Shown here in pieces: positions 19,610-25,274 of a DNA stretch of 25,274 bases. The position numbers and the translations under genes were made by a program. The notes under the pieces are model-generated. The model saw only the letters and a program-made list of their open reading frames with translations, had not been told where the DNA came from and did not search any database. Every line of letters begins with the position of its first letter. The stretch's first letter is position 1. This DNA comes from Ruminococcus sp. (GTDB lineage Bacteria > Bacillota > Clostridia > Oscillospirales > Ruminococcaceae), in assembly GCA_045539715.1 (NCBI GenBank), contig JAZQFV010000063.1, positions 1 to 25,274 of the forward strand, in the 5' to 3' direction.

Positions 19610-21520
19610 ATGAAAAAATACAGAATAATTTCATTGTTTGCAGCTGTAATGGTTGCATCAATAACAGCTTTGCCTGCAATTGCAGCAGAACAGGCGGATA
19701 ATACTAATGAAACAAATGGAAAAGTCATTTGTATAGGCTCAGTCAGCAAGATGTTTGCAACTACAGCTGTAATGCAGCTTGCGGAGCAGGGGAAAGTAGA
19801 TATTGACGCACCTGTAACAGATTATCTTCCTGACTTCTATATGGCAGATTCTCGTTATAAAGACATAACTGTGCGTATGCTGATGAATCATACATCAGGT
19901 ATTATGGGTACTACCGCAGGGGATTTTTTGCTTTTAGATGACAGAGATGCACAGCCACACGATACTTTATTGAAAGAACTCAATTCACAGCGTTTAAAGG
20001 CAAATCCCGGTGACTTCGGTGCATACTGCAATGACGGTTTCACATTGCTGGAGCTTATTGTAGAAAATGTTACGGATATGACATTCACAGAATATGTTGA
20101 AGCAAATATTTGCAAACCTCTTGATATGCAGCAGACAGGTTCAGCATGGAATATGTTCCGAGCAGATAATATGGTTGAAACTTTCATCGGCGGAAATGTT
20201 CGTTTTGCTTTGGATTACTGTATGGATATTGGTTCAGGCGGTATTTTCTCCACAGCAGAGGAACTGACACGTTTCGGCAGCACATTTTTCAAAGGTGATA
20301 ATACGCTGCTTTCCGAACAGTCAAAGAAAGAAATGGCTTCCACTGCAGTTACTGATAAATACGAGGAGGGCTTTGGTCTTGGCTGGGATTCGGTTAATTA
20401 TGCCGACTATGAAAAAGCGGGAGTTCAGGTTGTTAGCAAGGGCGGAGATGTCATTGGACAGCACGCAAGCCTTGTAATCGCACCCGATGAGGAAATCAGC
20501 GTTTCAGTACTTTCCTCAGGAGGCAGCAGTTCAGGCAATCAGATTATGGCTATGAAGCTTATGGACATTGCCCTTGCAGAAAAAGGAATTACAATTGAAC
20601 ATCCTGAGCCTCAGCCAATGGAAACTCTCGATTCCGTTCCCGAAAAATATCTTTCCTATGCCGATACTTACGTTACAAGCATGGGAATGTGTGTGGTATC
20701 ATTCCCCAACCAAAAATATATGGAGATTACAGCTTTTTACGGCGATAAGCCTGAAACAAAGCAGTATCTCTACACCACAGAAGATAATTTCGTTCTTATG
20801 GACGGCTCAATTGAATCAGGCAGGGCAGTTCAGTCAAAAAATCAGTCATTACTGCACTTTACAAAACGAAATGGCATAGATTATATTTGCTCAGATGATT
20901 CAGATGAGTTTGGCGGTTCAGGTAATATGGGGATATCATCATATGCTGCACAGCGTGCCGAGAAAGTAAACATCAGCGATGATTTACAGGCTGCATGGGA
21001 TGCACGAAACGGAAAGAAATATTATTTCTATTCAGGAAAATATTCCAATGCTTATTATTCAGAGTTACCCAGCATAAAATTTAATATCAATTCTGAAATC
21101 AGAGGATATGTAGATAACTATAAAATCATAGACAATAATCATTTAGAGGCTGCACTTGTTATGCCGGGAGGCAGAGATTTGCAGGATATAGAAATGCGTA
21201 TGGAGAACGGTACTGAGATTTTGGATATTACCAATTGTGCCATTGAATTTATTTCGGAAGATGCAATTGAAATGCTTCCCGATGATTTAACTGAAATTCA
21301 TCTTCATACAAAACAGGCGACATGGTTCCGAATAAAAGATACAGGGAGCAGAACGATAAACCTCGATATGCCTGAAAATTCAGCAGTTTATGTTTACGAT
21401 GCCTATGACCGTATGATTTATTCAAGCTATATGACAGAATACGGCAACGCAGTAACGCTTCCTGAAAATGGAAAGATAGTTTTCATTGGTGAAGACGGCG
21501 GAACTATTAAGATAAATTAA
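19610..21520 (+). CDS. Secreted beta-lactamase-fold serine hydrolase with a C-terminal domain of about 290 aa and unknown function
   Basis: RBS AAGGAGG at 19598-19604 precedes ATG 19610. Signal peptide MKKYRIISLFAAVMVASITALPAIAAEQ. Motifs are SxxK (GSVSKMF) and YxN (YCNDGF), with a KGG in the third-motif position. The ORF-track start at 19535 lies inside the permease gene and is rejected. Confidence 0.85.
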   Translation: MKKYRIISLFAAVMVASITALPAIAAEQADNTNETNGKVICIGSVSKMFATTAVMQLAEQGKVDIDAPVTDYLPDFYMADSRYKDITVRMLMNHTSGIMGTTAGDFLLLDDRDAQPHDTLLKELNSQRLKANPGDFGAYCNDGFTLLELIVENVTDMTFTEYVEANICKPLDMQQTGSAWNMFRADNMVETFIGGNVRFALDYCMDIGSGGIFSTAEELTRFGSTFFKGDNTLLSEQSKKEMASTAVTDKYEEGFGLGWDSVNYADYEKAGVQVVSKGGDVIGQHASLVIAPDEEISVSVLSSGGSSSGNQIMAMKLMDIALAEKGITIEHPEPQPMETLDSVPEKYLSYADTYVTSMGMCVVSFPNQKYMEITAFYGDKPETKQYLYTTEDNFVLMDGSIESGRAVQSKNQSLLHFTKRNGIDYICSDDSDEFGGSGNMGISSYAAQRAEKVNISDDLQAAWDARNGKKYYFYSGKYSNAYYSELPSIKFNINSEIRGYVDNYKIIDNNHLEAALVMPGGRDLQDIEMRMENGTEILDITNCAIEFISEDAIEMLPDDLTEIHLHTKQATWFRIKDTGSRTINLDMPENSAVYVYDAYDRMIYSSYMTEYGNAVTLPENGKIVFIGEDGGTIKIN

Positions 21521-21559
21521 GGCAGTACCATACGATATTGCCTGAAAAGGAGAATAATA

Positions 21560-22297
21560 ATGAAGTATCAATGTTTAATGATTGATGACGATGTGACAAT
21601 TGCAGAAACAACAGCGGAGTATTTCAATTTCTTTGATATAAAAACCGCATACGTGACAGGTTACAATGAAGCTGAAACATTTTTGGAAGAAAATGAAGTA
21701 TCGCTGCTTCTTCTGGATATTAATCTTGGTGAACGCTCAGGATTTGAACTGTGTAAGCAGATTCGTGCAAAATATGATATGCCGATTTTATTCATCAGTG
21801 CACGTACAAGCGATGATGATATTCTCACAGCCCTTAATATCGGCGGTGACGATTACATAAAAAAACCGTATACACTTAATATTCTCCTTGCAAAAGTAAA
21901 AGCAATTCTTAAACGATATGAAAACAGCAGCGTCAGACAGCAAATGTCTGACGCCAAAGCTGTTTCCGAAGATAAACAGTCAACGCAGAAACAGGAAAAA
22001 GAAATCCTTATAGCTGGAAATATTTATCTTGATACCGCATCACATAAGCTTATCAATAATGGCAATATTTTACCATTGAAAGCAATGGAATATAAGATGC
22101 TGCTGTACTTGCTTGAAAATCGTGGCAGAGTTGTTTCAAAGGATGAATTTTTGAAAAATGTGTGGGAAGATGAATTTATCGGTGAAGGAACACTTGCTGT
22201 TCATATAAGGCATCTTCGGGAAAAAATTGAAGCTGACAGCAATTCTCCGCAGATAATAAAAACTGTCTGGGGAGTAGGATATATCATGGAGGCATGA
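21560..22297 (+). CDS. OmpR/PhoB-family response regulator
   Basis: The receiver domain carries the acidic pocket (MIDDD) and the phospho-acceptor context LLLLDINL. The C-terminal winged-helix has VWGVGYIME. The inter-domain linker is unusually long and Q/K/S-rich (NSSVRQQMSDAKAVSEDKQSTQKQEKE). Confidence 0.92.
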   Translation: MKYQCLMIDDDVTIAETTAEYFNFFDIKTAYVTGYNEAETFLEENEVSLLLLDINLGERSGFELCKQIRAKYDMPILFISARTSDDDILTALNIGGDDYIKKPYTLNILLAKVKAILKRYENSSVRQQMSDAKAVSEDKQSTQKQEKEILIAGNIYLDTASHKLINNGNILPLKAMEYKMLLYLLENRGRVVSKDEFLKNVWEDEFIGEGTLAVHIRHLREKIEADSNSPQIIKTVWGVGYIMEA

Positions 22298-22304
22298 TGT
22301 TTAT

Positions 22305-23573
22305 ATGAAATACAGTAAAATACTGCTTCTTGTAATTGCAATTATTCTTGCAGGAATGGCATTGTTTGCATCGCTGACATTTTCCTATCAAGATAAAAAG
22401 GTAGATACACTTGCATTAAATGACCTGACAGAAACTGTAAAAGAAAATTGGGGAGAACTTGAAACTGTTGATTTGAATGGTTTTAAGACGGAAATGCTCG
22501 TATTCAATAGTGAAAATATGGTTGTTTATTCAACAGCTGCACAGGATTTGAAAGATATAAATTCTACAGAGGAAGCAATGCAGAACGAATGTCTTTGTCT
22601 GAGTGTTCATGATGAAAGCAGATTTTTGGGAACAATTGTAATTCCTGATCCTGCAAAAACAAGTTATAATGCTATAAGGTTCAGGTTATTGGTATCATCA
22701 GGCATTTTATTATTGATTATAATTACAGCAGTTCTGCTATACGGCGTTTATGTCAGATTGACAATTATCAGACCATTTCGCAAAATGGAGCAGTTTGCAG
22801 TTAATGTTGCAAACGGCAAACTTGATGAGCCATTAATGCTTGCACAAAATAATCTATTTGGAAAATTTACAGAAAGCTTTGATATTATGCGTGAGGAACT
22901 GAAAGCTTCACGCCGCCGTGAAACTGCATTGAAGCTTAAAGAAAAGGAAATGATTGCATCTCTCAGTCATGACCTTAAAACGCCGATTACAGGAATAAAG
23001 CTGCTGTGTGAACTTTTGCATGTAAAGGTTAAAGATGAATATCTGCTTGAAAAAATCAACAATATCAATCAGAAAGCAGAGCAGATAAACGTGCTTGTCA
23101 ATGACCTGCTGACATCTTCTTTGGATGATCTTGGAGAAATTCAGGTTGAATGTCGTGATGAATCATCCGAGATTTTACATCAATTGTTGTCGGAGCTGGA
23201 TACAAGTACGCTTGCACGGGAGAGTAAAATCCCTGAATGTATGATACTTGTGGATAAGACAAGACTTTCTCAGATTATCGGCAATATCATAGGTAATTCC
23301 TATAAATATGCAGGAACTGTTATTGACGTTGGCTATAAAATTCGAGAGGGTTATCTTGAAATGTCATTTCGTGATTATGGTGCAGGTGTTCCAAAAGATG
23401 AAATCAGTCTTGTAACTGCACGTTTTTATCGTGGAAGCAATGCGTCTGAAAAAGACGGCTGCGGTCTTGGTTTGTATATTTCAAGTATGTTAATGGAAAG
23501 AATGAACGGTGAACTTGTATGCTCTCATCGTGAGGACGGTTTCTTAGTAACGCTGTTAATTCCTCTTTCTTGA
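22305..23573 (+). CDS. Sensor histidine kinase: 2 TM, extracytoplasmic loop of about 110 aa, HAMP-like segment, HisKA, HATPase
   Basis: TM1 ILLLVIAIILAGMALFASL and TM2 LLVSSGILLLIIITAVLLYGVYV. H-box SLSHDLKTPIT, N-box GNIIGNSYKYA, G1 FRDYGAGVP, G2 GCGLGL. Confidence 0.92.
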   Translation: MKYSKILLLVIAIILAGMALFASLTFSYQDKKVDTLALNDLTETVKENWGELETVDLNGFKTEMLVFNSENMVVYSTAAQDLKDINSTEEAMQNECLCLSVHDESRFLGTIVIPDPAKTSYNAIRFRLLVSSGILLLIIITAVLLYGVYVRLTIIRPFRKMEQFAVNVANGKLDEPLMLAQNNLFGKFTESFDIMREELKASRRRETALKLKEKEMIASLSHDLKTPITGIKLLCELLHVKVKDEYLLEKINNINQKAEQINVLVNDLLTSSLDDLGEIQVECRDESSEILHQLLSELDTSTLARESKIPECMILVDKTRLSQIIGNIIGNSYKYAGTVIDVGYKIREGYLEMSFRDYGAGVPKDEISLVTARFYRGSNASEKDGCGLGLYISSMLMERMNGELVCSHREDGFLVTLLIPLS

Positions 23574-23602
23574 GTATTGAGATTTTATGAACAAGCAAAT
23601 TT

Positions 23603-23762
23603 ATACCAATCCCTAAAACAACAGTAGACAAATCTAATGGCATAAATGACGTATGTCGTCGTTGGACTTACTCACCATACGACAGTATGCTTTCGTCGTC
23701 CGCCTTGACATACATCATTTCTGCTCATCATCTTTGTCTACTAACATTTTAGGGATTGGTAT
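23603..23762. repeat. 160-nt near-symmetric long imperfect hairpin (element A)
   Basis: The outer 16-bp stem is ATACCAATCCCTAAAA (23603-23618) paired with TTTTAGGGATTGGTAT (23747-23762). A 4x4 internal loop (CAAC/AACA) follows. The inner 10-bp stem is AGTAGACAAA (23623-23632) paired with TTTGTCTACT (23733-23742). A further stem pairs AAATGACGTATGTC (23644-23657) with GACATACATCATTT (23707-23720), with one mismatch. The apical hairpin CATAC-GACA-GTATG (23676-23689) sits exactly at the element midpoint. Confidence 0.8.
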
Positions 23763-23855
23763 TAGCGGTACCATAGAATTAGAAATTACATGAGTTATAA
23801 AATAATTTTTGTGATTGATATTTTTGAAAAATGATTAATGAAATTCATTCTACAG

Positions 23856-23884
23856 TTGACATTTGCTTATTTATTCTGTATAAT
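23856..23884 (+). promoter_or_regulatory. Consensus sigma70 promoter for the MBL-fold gene
   Basis: TTGACA (23856-23861), exactly 17 nt, then TATAAT (23879-23884). The perfect palindrome AATGAA-A-TTCATT (23837-23849) lies just upstream of the -35. Confidence 0.65.
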
Positions 23885-23926
23885 AGAGATAAATGAAAAT
23901 TTATTTAAATATCTGAGGTGGTAGAA

Positions 23927-24625
23927 ATGACGTTAATAAATAGTGGTCGTATAAATTTTTATTATAGCGGAGATGTAACGCTGTATATTCTGAAAGGTAA
24001 AGAATCTGACCTTCTGATTGATACTGGATTTATTGGCACATGGAAGGAAATGCAGAAATGGATTAGTCAGTATAATGTAAAACACGTTTTATTGACGCAC
24101 GCTCATGTTGACCACGATTTTAATGCTGCAAGATTACAGGAAAGGGGAGTGAAAATATTATTAAGTGCTGCTGATAAGAACTTACGTCAGAATTTTCTTT
24201 CCCAGCCTGTTAAACCCACAGCACCAAAATATCGTTTGCGTAATATAACACAGCTTATAGGCGGTGCATTGGTGAAAAGCAAGCCATATAACCCTGACAT
24301 TTATCTGAAAGACAGCGACAGAGATTTGCTGAAATCATTTGGCTATGATGCGGAAATAATCCCATTACCAGGGCATACGTATGGTTCGATAGGTGTTTTC
24401 AGTAACGGTGTTTTGTATTGCGGTGATGCATTTACAATGCTTTGGAAAAAACCAGATGTAACACCTCATGCTGTAAGTATTCAGGATATGGAGAAATCCT
24501 TGAAAACAATACTTGAATTAAATCCCAAATGGCTTGCATGTGGTCATGGTGTTCCTGTAAAAATGAGCAAGGCTCGCCCTGTAATTGAGGAATATCTGAA
24601 GGGCATCTCTAAAAACCCCTTTTGA
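23927..24625 (+). CDS. MBL-fold metallo-hydrolase
   Basis: The HxHxDH motif is present (THAHVDHD), with a later GH (LPGHTYGS) and a distal CGHG. RBS GAGGTG at 23914-23919 favours ATG 23927; the ORF track starts at GTG 23918. Confidence 0.85.
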   Translation: MTLINSGRINFYYSGDVTLYILKGKESDLLIDTGFIGTWKEMQKWISQYNVKHVLLTHAHVDHDFNAARLQERGVKILLSAADKNLRQNFLSQPVKPTAPKYRLRNITQLIGGALVKSKPYNPDIYLKDSDRDLLKSFGYDAEIIPLPGHTYGSIGVFSNGVLYCGDAFTMLWKKPDVTPHAVSIQDMEKSLKTILELNPKWLACGHGVPVKMSKARPVIEEYLKGISKNPF

Positions 24626-24759
24626 GAAAAAACAGCTATGCACGACATCTGCTTCGTCAACCTCCCTTGGAGTGCGATAGCACGCCTGTGGAAGGTTTCC
24701 TTGCAGCTGCTGCACCTATCTGTTTTTTCTTTAATCAAACGGGTTTTTAGAGATGCCCT
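24600..24759. repeat. 160-nt near-symmetric long imperfect hairpin (element B), overlapping the 3' end of the MBL gene
   Basis: The outer 19-bp stem is AGGGCATCTCTAAAAACCC (24600-24618) paired with GGGTTTTTAGAGATGCCCT (24741-24759). An asymmetric internal loop follows. The inner 11-bp stem is AGAAAAAACAG (24625-24635) paired with CTGTTTTTTCT (24720-24730). The apical hairpin GTGC-GATA-GCAC (24672-24683) lies within 2 nt of the midpoint. Confidence 0.8.
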
Positions 24760-24782
24760 GAAAATGAAAGCGAGGTAATATT

Positions 24783-25274
24783 GTGAAAAATCTTGATAAA
24801 TACAGAGGTTGCCTGATTGGCGGAGCAGCTGGAGATGCCCTTGGATATGCTGTTGAATTTCTTTCAGAAGATGCTATTTTTGATAAATATGGAAAAAACG
24901 GTATAACAGAATATGAGCTTATTAATGGCGTGGCTCAAATATCTGATGATACACAAATGACTTTGTTTACTGCTAATGGTTTGTTGATAGGTACTACTCG
25001 TGGAATGACACGAGGAATTATTGGTTCATATCCAAGCTATATTTCGAATTGCTATAAGGATTGGTTCAGAACACAAACTGAAAAATTTCCGTTAAATACG
25101 GAAACTACATACTCATGGCTTGTTAATATTCCGGAATTATTTGCTTTGCGTGCTCCGGGAAATACTTGTCTTTCAGCAATTAATGCTTCGTTAAATGGTG
25201 CAGTTGGAACAATCGAGAATCCAATCAATAACAGTAAAGGCTGTGGTGGAGTAATGCGAGTTGCACCAATAGGT
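24783..25274 (+). CDS. ADP-ribosylglycohydrolase family protein, partial; continues past the right edge
   Basis: This ORF is not in the track because it has no stop in the window. My translation from GTG 24783 (RBS GAGGTAA at 24772-24778) reads VKNLDKYRGCLIGGAAGDALGYAVEFLSEDAIFDKYGKNGITEYEL...ISDDTQMTLFTANGLL...APGNTCLSA...GCGGVMRVAPIG. These are hallmark ARH/DraG-family motifs, and the frame is open through 25274. Confidence 0.85.
   Translation, partial: MKNLDKYRGCLIGGAAGDALGYAVEFLSEDAIFDKYGKNGITEYELINGVAQISDDTQMTLFTANGLLIGTTRGMTRGIIGSYPSYISNCYKDWFRTQTEKFPLNTETTYSWLVNIPELFALRAPGNTCLSAINASLNGAVGTIENPINNSKGCGGVMRVAPIG

Noticed and set aside
21900-22020. The unusually long Q/K/S-rich linker in the response regulator, considered as a possible extra domain.
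   Set aside because: It is only about 27 low-complexity residues between intact receiver and winged-helix domains, so it is most simply a flexible linker.
23603-24759. Whether the two long hairpins are canonical integron attC sites.
   Set aside because: The conserved attC cores RYYYAAC and GTTRRRY are absent; the ends read CYCTAAAA and TTTTAGRG. The stems are much longer than R/L boxes, and no intI is in the window. I keep only the weaker hypothesis of a structure-defined site family.

Overview
Low-GC, Firmicutes/Clostridia-like chromosomal segment. The core is a complete type I-E CRISPR-Cas locus in canonical order (cas3-cas8e-cse2-cas7-cas5-cas6e-cas1-cas2, 2162-11133, + strand, translationally coupled). 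A 44-nt leader follows, then a very uniform array of 53 repeats and 52 spacers (11178-14378, 61-nt period). Left of the locus is gene wreckage: an IS66-family transposase missing its catalytic core, a PNPOx-like gene with an in-frame stop, and a decayed SDR gene. To the right, the array runs straight into a membrane-anchored beta-lactamase-fold serine hydrolase gene. After that come a terminator, a MATE-like remnant, and an apparent five-gene operon: ABC ATPase, tandem FtsX/MacB-type permease, secreted beta-lactamase-fold hydrolase, OmpR-type response regulator and histidine kinase. The window ends with an MBL-fold hydrolase gene and a partial ADP-ribosylglycohydrolase gene. The points I consider most worth follow-up: (1) Cas2 carries a C-terminal DnaQ/DEDDh-like domain whose catalytic residues look substituted. 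(2) The degenerate terminal CRISPR repeat supplies the SD-like sequence and start codon of the downstream hydrolase gene, and the predicted Cas6e cleavage site falls exactly on the first base of that ORF. (3) Two 160-nt, near-symmetric long hairpins with the same architecture but divergent sequence bracket the MBL-fold gene like a cassette. (4) A decayed repeat-like sequence lies 70 nt upstream of cas3. (5) The array contains a duplicated spacer, and the junction nucleotide is variable. Everything here comes from reading the sequence and remembered family signatures. No database search was possible.
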